Shown: positions 12,519 to 26,460, numbered from the stretch's first letter. The stretch: 64,000 nucleotides of DNA from Bigelowiella natans CCMP2755 (GCA_000320545.1 ADNK01001164.1:1-64000); one strand, 5' to 3'. Notes: a model not told the origin generated them from the sequence alone. Numbers and translations: made by a program.

Positions 12519-13948
12519 GGGATTTCTAATCATGTAACAAAAGAATGATAGGAAACACATGTATTTATAACTTTTATGTATTGATATTGTTATCATCACC
12601 ACATGAAGAGAACAACAACAATCCTTCAGTATCAAAGTCAAGCCTGAAAAACGACTACGTTAGTTGGAGTTATTTGAAGAATGGTGCAGTAGTAGTATCA
12701 CTGGTGGCCCATGCTATCAGCAGTGGTAAGGCACTACTTGACAATGGTCTTACTACCATGCTATCACTGCTTGCTTGCTTCATAGGTGTTTTAAAACACT
12801 GCCGTCTTATTAAGTTATCGTTATCAAAATTTATCAATGCTCTATTTTGTTTTTAGTTCTATCATGCGATGTACTACTTGTATACCATTAGTGTATGTTG
12901 CGGAAAAGTTCATATCTTTATCATCATGAATAATCGTCATTATCATCATCATCATCATCATCATGGTGTGGAGTATCATCTTTGGGAATCTATGATCATA
13001 ACCACCTTCCTACTGCAATAAGTTTTTGTACATCGTCAGGAATTGGAATTTTGTCAAATACAGAAGTTCGTCCATGCGTATCTCGAAGTGTCACAAGCTC
13101 CCCGCTGATAGTCAGTAGTATATTTGGAAGGTCAAGGATAATGCTAGTGACAATGAGAAAGCTATTTCCTTGTATCACGATGATAGTAAGTAATAAAACT
13201 AGGGCTAACAACTAAGGAGAACATCTATTGGTTGTTTTTTGGAGAAAATGGAGTCTGGAGCGTTGAGGGAAAAAATAACTCGTAGTATTCGGCAACACAT
13301 ACTTAGAATAATATACGTGCAGGATTCGATAACCGCTACAAAAGCATGACGCAAAAGCAATGCATTAGTGAACATTCTCATACGAAAAATTGAAGATAAT
13401 AATTATTTAGTGTGGTTTGGGATAATGTAGTACCGTTGCTTGTGGTATCTGAAGAGGCGTGGTGATTTGATTTCGGGTATTTCTTGTCCGTCGCATACTA
13501 TTTTTTGTCCTGGAACCACCTGAGAGAAAATGATAGTTTTTGTTTTGGTATTGATTCGAAATCACAGTGCTGCAAATAGACTCATTCTTCGGGGAGAGAG
13601 AGTCCAATTCGGATTTTTGCTACTGCACATTCTTTGTTGTTATTCACATAATTTTTTCGCTACTAAACGAGGATGTCAAGAACTATTTGGCGACGTAGAA
13701 ATATTACTACCGTTATGTTTTCAAAAGTCACAGTTCCATCAACAGAGCACTTTCCCTCTCTCAAAAGCTTAAACACGTTTCTTCTTGACCACTTGCTCGC
13801 TGAGAGAATAACAGTCCATTACTTCTGGTTTGAGCTCTACCCCTTCTATGGAAAACAACACTCAGCCTCTCCATACCTACCTCTCGTGATTCTTGTCAAG
13901 ATTTTAAGAGCCATTATCTTTGCATTGCATGTGTTCCACTTTGTTAGC
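11083..13948 (-). CDS. RsuA/RluB-family rRNA pseudouridine synthase with S4 domain; multi-exon, 5' end unresolved (may extend to about 14430)
   Basis: Spliced exons: WSRRNVFKLLREGKCSVDG (S4), PRLFRYHKQRGELVTLRDTHGRTSVF, AVGRLDFDTEGLLLFS (catalytic GRLD), RRLELPKNRFQRVY, WLKVIVSEGKKREVRR, VNRLIRVRYGPFDLAGLEPGE; TGA at 11083-11085. Confidence 0.92.
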
Positions 13949-14627
13949 TGTCAGCACCCTATTAATGGCGGATGATGTGGATAAACAACATTCCAGCATA
14001 AGATGAGAGCGAAGTTGCTCTGTTGCATGGTTTCTGAGGTATAATCATTACTATTGCGTATTCCAGAAGGAATGCTTAAGAGGACAAGCTACCTAGGACG
14101 AATTTCCTTGCTGTTGAGACTGATTTGCGTGAGCTCTTCGTTCCTTCCAGTGTAGTTTCTCTGCTTCTGCTTCTTCTTCTTCTTCTTCTTCTTCCGTGCC
14201 AGTCTCTCCTTTGCAATATGAGTTATTCATTTAATGAAATTCATAAATTACCCTCATAGATCTAGGTAAGAATTTAGAGAAAGACAGACATTTTGTGTTG
14301 TCGCAGGATGATAACAACATATGATATGATGAGAACGACAACAGATATATCATGGAAAACTTCATAAATACTAGATCTAGATCTAGTACTTATTATTCAT
14401 AATACGCACCCACTAGGGCTCTAGCCAACATAGCACTGTTTGATTGGGCAACCCCCACATACTTCTTACACGTACAAAGAATTTTGAGCAGCAGGGAGGA
14501 GTCGAACAAGTACAGAGTAGTGGTACGATAGGAGAAGGAGGACGACACCGAGGACAAGGAGGAGGCAGAACTCCACACTGGATTTCACCACTTCACTTGT
14601 TACTCTGTAACCATTCCAAACACAAAA

Positions 14628-16755
14628 ATGGCAATGACTTGGCGACGGAGCCACCCTCTTTTCCGAAACAGCATTCGCTACCTACAATCTTCCAAGATTT
14701 TGCAGCGTCGAACTTTAGTAAACGGACGAAGCTTTGGGAGCGGCAGTGTTACTAGGATTGGGATAAGTTTTGATGGGATGAGGCCTCAACATCGACAACG
14801 CAGAGTAGGAGAAGACTCTTTGAGAAAAATAAGGTGGCAGCAGTTTCAGTAATTTTCTCTTTCTCTCCTTATTTTTTCATCCTAATAAATCTTTACCCTC
14901 TCTCAATGGAATAAGGTGGATGGCTACAACAGGGCCAGAAGTCGATTTGAATAGTAGTACCAATACGCGAGTAGAGGTTGTAGAAAATTAAAAAAATGTT
15001 ATGTGTTGTTAAGTAAAAAAAAATGAAAGGCATCATTAAAACATTCCATATTCAAAGGCCTTAATTGGAAAACATTAAGATAATAGCATAGTTGAGTTAT
15101 CTTAATGTGAAGCTGTCCTGAATGCGACAAAATATACTTTATTTCTATTTTCAGAACGAAAAGATACTGATGATGGAAGATGGCTTGACAACAGCAACAT
15201 CATCATCATCATCATCATCACCCCCAATTTCTTTCCGATCTTTGGGACTCCCTTCATATCTCTGCAGCAAGATGGAAACAAATAGATACGAACGGCCGAC
15301 ACTGATCCAGTAATTTTTCGTTTAAAGCATCATTATACAAGACACCATCGTGTTATGAAGCAATGGGGGGGGATTATATATATGATAAGAAGAGAGATCT
15401 TTGTGTCATTTTCGAGGTTACTAGTTGTATGTCTGATGTTATACTACTATACTCCCGCATATCTAAGCCGCTTCTTAATTTCATCATACTACTACTTTCA
15501 CCGTCTTCTCCACTTTCTTTCGCTACTTCTTTGAATTCACCATCATCACTATTATGTAGCATGTAATTAATTGCAGTTGATGTAATGTATAAAAGGTGTG
15601 GCGCCATTCCGCAGATGCTGTTGCAGAAGCACAACCCTCTACGAAAAACGGTTTCGGATCTGATAATATCTGATATGACGGGATCTGGCAAGACCCTTGC
15701 TTTTGCTCTCCCTATTATATCAAACACAAACAACTTTTCGGACAAGCTACAGCACATCGTCGTAGTCCCATCAAGAGAGCTGTCGGTACAAACTACCAGA
15801 GTATTCAAAGCGTTATGTAAAGGTGGATCAAAGAGGCGTAAGAATAATCCGGTTCGTGTTTTACGCATAAGTGGACTTGATAACGACGCTGCAGCTGATA
15901 CAGTTGCCAGAGAAAAACCGCATATTCTCATCGGAACTCCTCGAATTCTCTCTCATGTGCTATTGAAACTGAAAGCTGTCGACACCACTCACTTAGTTCA
16001 TGTTGTGTTTGATGAGATCGATCAGCTCATATCCATGCAAAAAGACAGGAAAGCATGTTTAGATATAATGGCAGTGGGTACAAGGCATCGTCTAAACCCG
16101 ATGATGCGCCAAGGAGCTAGTTCGTCGTCGTCATCGTCATCATCATCATCCGCATCAAGTATTGATCATGAAACTGTTGCCGGTACACAGAGGAGACAAC
16201 TCGTCTTTGTAACTGCCACCCCAACTGATGACGTTTTCAAAATAGCAGAAAGTACGATGCAACCAGGATTTGTTCAAGTAACTGCAATGGATAATATAGA
16301 CGAATGGCAACGACGTCGACAATTTGATTATAGAATGAAGAACAACACGTTGAGCAATAAGATATCACTACCCTCAGGAGAAGAAGAAGAGGGTGGTGCT
16401 GCTTCTACTGCTGCACGTACAGATAATAATAATAATCATCATCATCATCATGATCTCCACGGGGGTATGATGCAAGACTTGCAATTAGTCCCAGCCCACC
16501 TGAGACACCACTTTATTATTGTGAGAAAACCATCTTCACCATCAACATCATCCAAATCATCATCAGCAGAATCACCACAGCGAGATGGCGGTCATAGCGA
16601 AAAGCAACGGAGTCATCATTATCACCAGTCTTTGCCTTCTGTGATCGATTTATGCCGTGAAGCTGCTGCTGCTATTAAGGCACTCAAGAAACAGTCCTTA
16701 AATCGTCAAGTTGGAGCTCTGGTATTATTATTAATTTAATGATAAGAATGAATGA

Positions 16756-16798
<43 letters not shown>

Positions 16799-17991
16799 CG
16801 GCGGATTTGTTATGTAGTGGAGACGGGCAAGAAGAAAGAGAGAAAAGTAAAAATATCTTTCACACAAATTGATAGTATCATTAACATTCTCCTCTCCTCA
16901 TTGATCTTGTGTTTAAGGTGTTCATGCGAGGGCGTGATAAAGTTGAAGATGCAGCGGGCTATTTAAAGCTTGGGAAAATAAGAACTGAATGTCTTCATCA
17001 AAGTACATCAAGGCAGGAGCGAAGTCGTGCGTTTCGATTAATGGCTGACGGTCAAATAGATGCTTTGGTGGGAACTGATATGCTTGCTCGGGGACTCGAC
17101 ATCGAGGGTATTACTGATGTTATCAACATCGGCCTACCTCGTTCAACAAATATGTATATGCACCGTGCGGGGAGGGCAGGGCGCTTGAATGGAAGAAACG
17201 CAAAATCTAGCCAGGTAGATAGAAATATAAATAATTTCCACACACACACACACACACACATATCATAGTGGTGATAATGTTGCATTCATAATGTCATTCG
17301 AGTCTTTACATCCTGTTCCGTTTTGGTAGCATGGACAACAAGTTAAGAAAGCGAACTACTACTACTACTACTACTACTACTATATTTGTAGTCACGATGA
17401 TAAATACTACTACTATATTCGTCTGCCATCACAGTTATCATTTACTACTTTTGGTGCGATAATTGTCATTTCGCTGAATGTTCATATTGAAGGACCATTA
17501 AAAGTCACTGCTCTATTATTTATATATATTGTTGTACTGGTTACTGCTCTATTATTTCTATGTATTGTTGTACTGGTCACTGCTACTGTTATTTCTCCAA
17601 TAGTTGTTTTTCTCTAATAGACATACTTGCATCATAGGTGATCACTCTTATCAGTGCCAAAGAATTTAGTAAAATCCTTTCGTATGGGAAAGCTATGGGC
17701 GTGGAGATAAACGCAGCGCAAATAAAAGGAGGAAAGATTACCAAAATGCACACAGCAGATTTTGAACTACTGTATAAGGAGTCGTTTGGGGGGGCAGGAG
17801 CTGCGGGGAAGGATGAGAAAAAGATGGATAAAGTTAGTCCACCTCTTTCCCCAGAAGCGGTAAAATTTTTAGATCCAGAGGAAATCAAACTGGAAGGTGT
17901 AAGAAGAAGGTTGGCGATGAAAAAGAAAATTCAAGAAATGAAGCGCAGGAGGCAAATGTCAAAAAGAGTGATTCGGAAACGGAGAGCATAA
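14628..17991 (+). CDS. DEAD-box RNA helicase, probably organelle-targeted; multi-exon
   Basis: Arg/Ser-rich N-terminus (14628-14848); Q motif FRSLGL..PTLIQ; TGSGKT, PSREL, GTPR, DEID, TAT, LARGLD, HRAGRAGR; TAA ending at 17991. Confidence 0.93.
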
Positions 17992-18099
17992 TTTACTTCA
18001 TCATTTTGAAGTAGATGTTAAAAGAAGCATTGGGTAATACCATGCAAGCCTAAAAATATTTTGGTTCCGTGTAACTGTTTACGAAGCATCTATAACATT

Positions 18100-21050
18100 G
18101 TCTAGTCGTGCTCATCTAGTCATGGCAGCCGTGCACGAGTGACTGATGGATTTTGCCATATTCTCGTTTTGCACATTTGTTCACGTGTTCAGTTGACATC
18201 AACAAGCCGACATGCAGCAGATGCATGCTCACAGACAGATCATTTGAACTTCGTGCTCGAGCTCCTTGCAACGAATGGTCGCCACGCTAGCACGCTGCTG
18301 TGTGCAGCGCATGATGATGATTCAGCATCGATGTGTTGCAATGCTAGCAAGCTCTTCTAGTGCGTTTTGCAGCGGCATCATGTCGTAGCAACCATGACAA
18401 ATCTAGACACTTCGCTCGCGCACGTCGCACAGCACCATTCTTGCTTGCTGCTTTCAAGCGTGTGCATATGGGGTTGCACATGCGTCACATCGTGGCTAGT
18501 GCGTGTGTGATGCGTGAGGAATGCGTCTAGAAGTGGCAGTCGCATCCACGGGAGGAGCAGGGATGGAACTGAGCACGTGCTTTTCGTGATCTTTTCAATG
18601 AAAGTTGATTCAAATTGCGTTGGTTCAAGAGCACAATTGGTTTTTTTTGGGAACCTCATTGAACTGGATTGAACGTGCCAGTGTGACAATTGGTGCAAAA
18701 CCTGAACTTGAAGCACAACTTCGACCACGCTAGCACGATGATCGTCACCGTCGGATCGGGAAGAGCAATGAGCAATGAACGTGACGATGGACTGCACTTC
18801 CAAAGTGAAGACGAACAAACAAACAAACGTCGTGAAGAACACAATGGACCAGTGGACACAGCAATGTGGCATGTGTGACACACATGTGTCACATTGCATG
18901 TCCATCATTGCACGTCCATCATGAACTGCGTTTCCAAAGTGTTGCACGACACTTGCAAAGCATGAAACGCAGTGCCTCGAACTGGCTTTGGTGAGGACTG
19001 TGACTAGCAAATCAACTGGCTGGTTTTTCAAAATGGAATGATTCAGTCATTGTGAAGCAATGACACTAGCGGCAAAATTCTGGCGGCGCAAGGCCTCCAC
19101 TCTGAGCAAAAACTTCCTGAAGGCCATGTCCGCACAACGATCTACGTTTGGATCATCTGAGGGCCCCCCCAGCAGAACTTTGGTTTTGAAAGAGTCTGGA
19201 GCGTCAAAGAATGAAGAGCAGAAGGAAGAAGCAGGGCCCAGAGCTGATCTCAATTGGATCCCATTGAAAACGAACATCTGTTTGATGACATCAAAGACCT
19301 TGATGTTGGAACAAGTGAAGCTATGAATGAGGTGGAACTTGGGGTCGCGATTTGCATCGGCAGATTCCAGAAAGCGGAGGATTTTGAAAAGGCAATTGCC
19401 ATCGGCGGGAGGGTCAGCCACTTTGCAGTGCACTGAGAGGGGCGTTGGATTGGTGCATGAGCCTGGCCAGGGGGGGGGCGCGTGACTTCCTAGCCAGATC
19501 ATTGCGAGCTTTGGCATGGTTTGCATCAACCTTTTCCAGAACGCGAATGCGGGTTCTGAGGGTTTCAACCTCTGCCTTGAGTCGCTTCATTTCCACGCAG
19601 CACGTTTCGCTGATCCACGGTCTCGAGGTGGTCGAAGCGTCGCAACAAGAAATCGATCTTGGATTCGCCCTGACCACGAGTTGGGGGGTGGGAGGGAGTG
19701 CAGGTGTGTGCAGCTGGCGCAGGGGTGGTTTTCGAAGGGGTGGATGCCAGGGTGTTGAGGCCAAGCATCGTGCGCATGACTTGAACGGAGATCTGGGCAT
19801 TCCCTGTTGTTGCGCAGACCCTTTTCTTTTCCGTCTCCACATGGAGAGATTGGTAGGCCTGTCTGATGCAATCTTTGGCAATGTCACATGACTGGTCATC
19901 GCTTCCGCCGAATGACGCCAGATCGCAGTTGTCAAGCTTGAAGTTGTCCCACACTCCGGCAGGGAGTTTCTTGGCGAGCAGGATGGCAGCATCGGTGAGC
20001 ACTTTCCGGCGAAGTGGAAGAACTTTGGGGTGGAGCTGGGGAAGGGGTGACTGCTCGGACCATGGGACAGGGCATGGCGATTGGATGGTGGCATCATTCT
20101 CGAGGACTCGGTCGAACACTGAGCGGCCATCAGGGCGATGAACAGCAACACGTGACTCGTTGCATGGACTCACTGCTTCGCATGTGCCATTGAGACTTTG
20201 AAGGGGGAGCCAGTTTGCACAGGCGGTTTTCCCTTCAATTTTGTCCATTTTGCCGACCATCCACAACGGATCTGACTGAAAAGACCATTTGATTGCTGCA
20301 AAGTCGTCAGGGGTGACGCGTTTCTTCCAATCGGGGACGATTGCAGCGATCACATGTTCAGTCAGTCCAGAGGAGCTGCTCGGGGCACGATGGGGGGAGC
20401 CGTGGAGATTCCGCATGGGCTCAGGTGCTGCCTCCACCGACAAGAATTCGGGTTGGAGGTTTTTCTGATCATCGTGTGCAGCAAGACTGTTCGGTGGTCG
20501 CTGATTGTTCGGCTGAGATGGGGGGTTCTCCGACAGTTGTTGGGGCGGTGGAATTTCTTTTTGGGTGGTCCCACCCTGCAGGGTGTGGACTGGCTCATTG
20601 GAGGCAGCGGAAGTTTCACTGTCAGCATGCTCCTGATGCTGACACTGGCTCGGAGGAATTCTCAGAAGCAGGGCTTTCTGGGAGCACTGCTGTCCGGGCA
20701 CAGCCCTCACTCTGTACATTCGGAGGGGGTGGACCCAAGGCGGGCTGGGCCTCTGTTGCACAGTTCTGTGAGTGCAAGTTTGTGGGAGGATCAGAGTTTC
20801 CTGACAGCCACGTCCACACGGAGATCAAGGCAAGACGAGAAAATGTCAGGAGAGAAATGTTCTGAGTTAAATCATCCCAAAAAACAATGCTGTTTCGATG
20901 CTGAGACAACAGCATTGCATTGCATTACTCGCGGCGATAAATTGTTGAGTTAAATCATCCCAAAAAACAATGCTGTTTCGATGCTGAGACAACAACATTG
21001 CATTGCGGCGAACTACTAGTGCGATAAATTGTTGGATAAATGTGCAGCAT
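18100..21050 (-). mobile_element. Decayed putative transposable element or foreign insertion, extremely TpA-depleted; frameshifted ORF with a coiled coil and an OTU-like DGNCLF motif
   Basis: GC-richer, intron-less and nearly microsatellite-free, unlike host genes. Minus-strand reading 20761->19047 is broken by about 2 frameshifts. Contains EMKRLKAEVETLRTRIRVLEKV (coiled coil) and PADGNCLF at 19386-19409. No RT or transposase motif seen, so the class is unknown. Confidence 0.5.
20864..21032 (+). repeat. Tandem duplication of an ~83 bp unit at the edge of the decayed element
   Basis: GAGTTAAATCATCCCAAAAAACAATGCTGTTTCGATGCTGAGACAACA..CATTGCATTGC..GCGATAAATTGTT occurs twice (20864 and 20947). 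Confidence 0.9.
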
Positions 21051-21299
21051 GCATGCATCCATCCATCCCATCCGTAGGAGCATGCAGGACTAGAGGAGGA
21101 TCATCATCATCATCATCACCAACACGGAGAGCGGAATTGGCCTTGATCAGAACTGCTTCTCTTCCTCCAGTAGCAGGAGGATACTTGAAATCTCGCAATA
21201 CTGAGTAGAGATCAATCAAATCTCAACAAATCCTATTCGACAAGCACGAGAGCAGAAAGGATCAGTAGCGAGTTTCTACGTTTGTACGAGCGGGATGGA

Positions 21300-23145
21300 A
21301 TGAGGGAAGGAGGTAGGCGTGGGTGGCTCGGCATTGGGATCTCCATATGCATCCTAATCATGAATAGCCAGCAACTAAACGAAGCCACCACAACGCCGAC
21401 GACAGCGATGGGAGTCATTAAAAAATCGAGGTGCGGCGTGTGCTCCTACTGCATTATTCCTAACACGAAGAGTTACATGACGATTCTCTGACTCTTAGCA
21501 TACATATTCTACAATTTGGCTGCTATTGGTTATAGGCGAACATCATCATCGCGACATCTTTCTTCCATGAAAGATATTGAATTTGGTCCTTCCGCTGCTG
21601 CTGAGGACAGGGTAGTGAGCCAAGAATTGCGTGACAAGAAGGTAGCAGCCGTAATTTGTACTAGTACTGTGTTAGATATTGCAAATGGATTCAGCTACTC
21701 CTAGAATGCTCTTTTGTCAAGATAGGGCACTGTATCACTATACTGCCATAGAGGGCTGCTTACGGTTTATGTTGTAAGTAGTGAATATTTTTTATTGAAA
21801 TAACACAATTAGATCCACCAGAAGTACATGAAATCACTCGAAAGGAGAAAGAAACTCAAAGATGATGCAGGTGTAATGACTACGCAGACATGTATGAAGG
21901 TGGTATAATCACCTGCGGTGGGTTTTGACAAACACGCAATGTGCGTATCATGCGAAGAACAAATTCTTCAAGCTGAAGATACTGGAAAAATATTTATGTG
22001 TGTTGTTTATTCATTGTGAACATGAAATGTGAACATGAAGGCAGTCACTCCCATAATTATTACTTGCAGGCAGCAGCGGAAACATTGCCAAAAAGAAGCT
22101 ACGCTCTCGTCTCAAAAACAAGCACCAAGATTTGGAAGATCACAGAATTATTAGAAAGTATTACTACTTGTTTTTCAATCTTATATTGGAGAACAACTTC
22201 CTTGTAGAACCCATAAACTTGATCTTGCTATGGCGCTGCTATGTACTGCTGCTGCTGCTGCTGCACATATATACGCTCATATTTTATAACAAACTTCCGG
22301 AACGATGGATACACAATTCTGCCTCACTTACTCATTATATTTCATGGCTGAAATCACTTATTTATCACGACGAACATGATGGCAAATGACGATATTGGTT
22401 ACGATTACTGCAGGGCTGTAAGATTAGGCACCGAGTATCTTGATGAACCCCTTATTCATCCGGCCGATGTGATAATGATAATGATGATTATAATGATGTT
22501 GAGGATGATAGTGATGAGGATTATACTATAAAATGATGATATTCGTAATAACAATAATAATGATGGCATGAGGGAAATAGCAAGAAGTTTGTTTCCCTGA
22601 TGATGATGTGACCTGTATTATTAAACTAGTGATTGAGCATAAAGACTGCCGGTAGTTGTAGTATTATCTGGTACTCGGCTACTTCTTTTTCTACTACTAC
22701 TACTGCTACTACTACTACTACTACTACTACTACTATGTTCTCAAAGACTGAAGATTGTTGTATGTATGTATGTATGTATGTATGTATGTAGTAATCTCCC
22801 GTCTGCGATAATAGCTACTACCGACTATATTCTCTCACTATCATGGTGGTGGTGGTGATGATGATGATGATGATAGATACCTTATTCATTCTCTTCCACT
22901 ACAGCAAAAGATGATTGACGACATGAGAAAGAAAGAATTTGAGGCTCTTGAAGGAGCAATGGTGAGAATGTTATGGAAACGAAAATGATGAGGCAGAAAA
23001 GAGAAGAGAATCACACTCCTCCTTATGCATTATTATTTTTTCACCAACAAGTATCATCGTCGTCGTTGCTTAAGATCGGTCAATCGACTGGGAAAATGAT
23101 TGTGATAAAGTGGTGGATATACACAAGAACTCGAGGAGGAAGAAA

Positions 23146-23184
<39 letters not shown>

Positions 23185-24514
23185 TAACATTCGTTATTAG
23201 TACTATTTATGCATAATGCTGTTCCCTCATTAGGTTCAGGATGGGTTGAGGAGGAAGAAGAAGAAGGCAAAGATACAATAAGATTAGTAGCTAGTATTAT
23301 TCAAAGTGTATATAAATTTGACAAGATCGATATAATGATATCAAGAAAGAACATAAAAATGGTGATGCTGTTTTCAGCCCACAGTAAATGGACAACAAAT
23401 CATGAATCATTCAAACTAAGATCCTGCTAAACATAATAACAACTTCACGATCATTATAAGGTATCCTTGCAAGATTTATTGGCAAGAACAAAGTTACCAA
23501 AAGTGAGTACTATGTATTACTCTCTTCCTAATATCCAATGCTGCTGCTTTAAATAAATGCTGCTACTATGTTGGTTGATGAAGTTATTCTTATTGTTATA
23601 TTTATCTGACATCTTCTTCCTATGCAATCATTCTGCTGCTGCTGCTGCTGCTATTTGGTCGAGTAATGAATGATATCTGTAGTATAAATCAACCATCATG
23701 TTGTAAAAAAACCTAGCTAGCTCCTTCTTTTTCTTCTTCTTCTTCTTGTTCTTCTTCTTCTTCTTATTATTATTTATGATCACAAAATATCGGTTCTTGT
23801 AGCAGTTTCAAAATCACTTAAATCATCTCAAAATGCTGTTAACGAAGCTATTATTTCAAATAGTATTATTTATTGAGGCATTTTTATCATCATCATCATC
23901 ATCATCATCATCATTAGTATTATCTCACATAGTACACTCGATGATCTTGATAATAAATCTAAAATTACATCATATAAGGTCGGCTTTACAGAGCACAACG
24001 ATACGCATGTTAAAAAATACCGTGAAATATTTGCAATGGTCAGTTATTATCGTACCACCCCCTCCTCCTCCTCATTCTCCTCTCTCTCTCTCTCTCCTCT
24101 TAATCATAATGTATATTTGCTTTCCAATCGCTCCTCCTCGTTAGACTGCTGCTGCTGCTGCTTATTGTGGGCAATTTAAGCAGTAGTAAAAGTATTGCCT
24201 TGAAGCTGCATATTTATTTATGTAGCAGCATAAGATTATTGCATGTATGTGAGGAGCATATAAAATAACAAATAGCAACTGATATATGAATTAAATAATA
24301 ATATCCCACATCACAATAGCAACATCCAGAAAAGATGAGGAAATTTCGAAAGCACGTGGAGCTAAAGAAGCGGATATTGGAATTTCATCTGTAGTACTAT
24401 AATAATAATAATATTTTATTCAATGATATGTGATATCATCCAATAATAATAAAATTTTATTCAATAATTTGTAATATCATCCAATGATTTGCTTTTGCTT
24501 CCATACCGCAGCAG

Positions 24515-24554
<40 letters not shown>

Positions 24555-25099
24555 AGGGAAAAGGTCGTGACCGAGTTTCGTAAAAAAGAGGAAGAAAACA
24601 AAGGAGGAGGAGGAGGAGGAGGTGAAGGAGGAGGAATTCTTGAAAGAACAACAAGTAAGAATGTGGTAAATAATAGTTGGTGTTATGCTAATCTCTAAGA
24701 TGAGGGAGAAAGGAGAGCATGGTAGTAGCCAGAGAAGAAGTAGAAGAAAAGAAGCGAAGGATAATAATCTGCAGATAGAGAATAGAGTATAGATCAAGCA
24801 AATGAATCAAATGTGAGAAGGAGGGATAGAGAAGAGAGTATAGATCAAGCAAATGAATCAACATAATGTGAGAAGGAGGGAAACATCGTCGTTTATCCGT
24901 CCAAGAGTGAGTGTTTATGAAAAACTAGCTACTTTACACAATCATAATGAAACAATCATTCATCATTATCTCTTATCATCATCACCTCTTTCTCTACTTT
25001 GGTGATAATATCATTAAGGGCGTAGAAACACCACCAAGAAACCCCCAAGAAAGTTTAATGCTCAATGGCGTCGATGGGTAGTAGTATGTATTATTGTGG

Positions 25100-25130
<31 letters not shown>

Positions 25131-25213
25131 GTATAAGTAGCAGCTGTAGGTTGTATTTGTATAGAAATGATGGGAACAATTTGTTGGGGAACCACGTAAA
25201 AACGATTATCGAT

Positions 25214-25253
<40 letters not shown>

Positions 25254-26415
25254 CTAAATTTAAAAACAAGCTGAAAGTCATCATCTTTTTGACACCATGA
25301 ATGTAAATGTTACAACATACATCAAGATTCATCAACGTCTTAGAAAGAAAGGAAAGAAATCGGTAGTAGTAGATAGAGACAACAACTCATAGAACAATAT
25401 ATTGCAACTAAAACAATAGGAGGAATAACAACTCATAGAACAATATATTGCAACTAACAATAGGAGGAATTAATCTTACCAACATGATGCTAGCTAGCAC
25501 AACTGATACAATTCCTCCTCCCCCTCCCCCCCCTCCACTCTTCCTCTTATAACCCTTTATTTTATAGACGTTCTTGGGTAGATAACAGGAACTATTTCTT
25601 ATTTTCATATTATTTGTTGATGATTGATAATATTGCTAGACCAACACGGAGGCTGAGATAAGACGCATAGGCGATTATTTTGATGTAAAGTTATTATTCT
25701 AGTATATATAATATTATTAGCACCATTTATTATAGGTATTATTCATTCTACACTTTCTACAATATAGATGCTGCTTTCACTTGCGACATGAAAATTTAAA
25801 CCGTTTGTATGATTGTCTTCGTTATTATTATTATTGTAATGGATGTTTCTGTCAGTCACACTAATCTACTACTACTACTACTACTACTACTACTGGTGCT
25901 CTCTTCTGTTTATAGATCCATTCTGATCAAGAATACGCTGTGGATATATTCCGAAATGATTTTCTTAGGAAAACCCTAGCTGCTAAACTTAGAAAGTGAG
26001 TAGTAATGAGTTAAGGGGAGGGGAGAGAGGATGATGTGTTGCTGATATTGACCTGCCTATTTTATAATTTTTACATGAAATTATTTGTCCCCCCTTCTTT
26101 TTATCAATCATCAGGAAACGTTATATGGAATCGGTTCAAAGAAAAATGATGACAATAACAACAACTTCAAATAGTAGCATCATCAGTAGCAGCAGCAGCA
26201 CTAACACCAACGATGGCCGACTGAAGGAAAAGGAGGCAGAAGTGAAAGATGAGTGGATATCATTGAATAATGATGCTGCTGCTTTATCAGTTGACGTATC
26301 AGGAGTGCTTCGTAGAGGTGCACGTGTGGAGGTAAGGAATAATGATAAATGGTAGTAACGATAAAGTGCAAGCAGAATAACCAGCATTATCAAGCGGCAA
26401 TATTATGCACACACA

Positions 26416-26459
<44 letters not shown>

Positions 26460-26460
26460 A

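Noticed and set aside
18121-20860. CpG methylation decay or fungal-type RIP as the cause of the TG/CA excess
   Set aside because: CG is plentiful (GCGC, CACG, CGTG) and TA is the missing dinucleotide; RIP would increase TA.
18139-21058. Plus-strand and alternative-frame ORFs as real genes
   Set aside because: Explained by loss of TAA/TAG; no domain motifs or splice structure.
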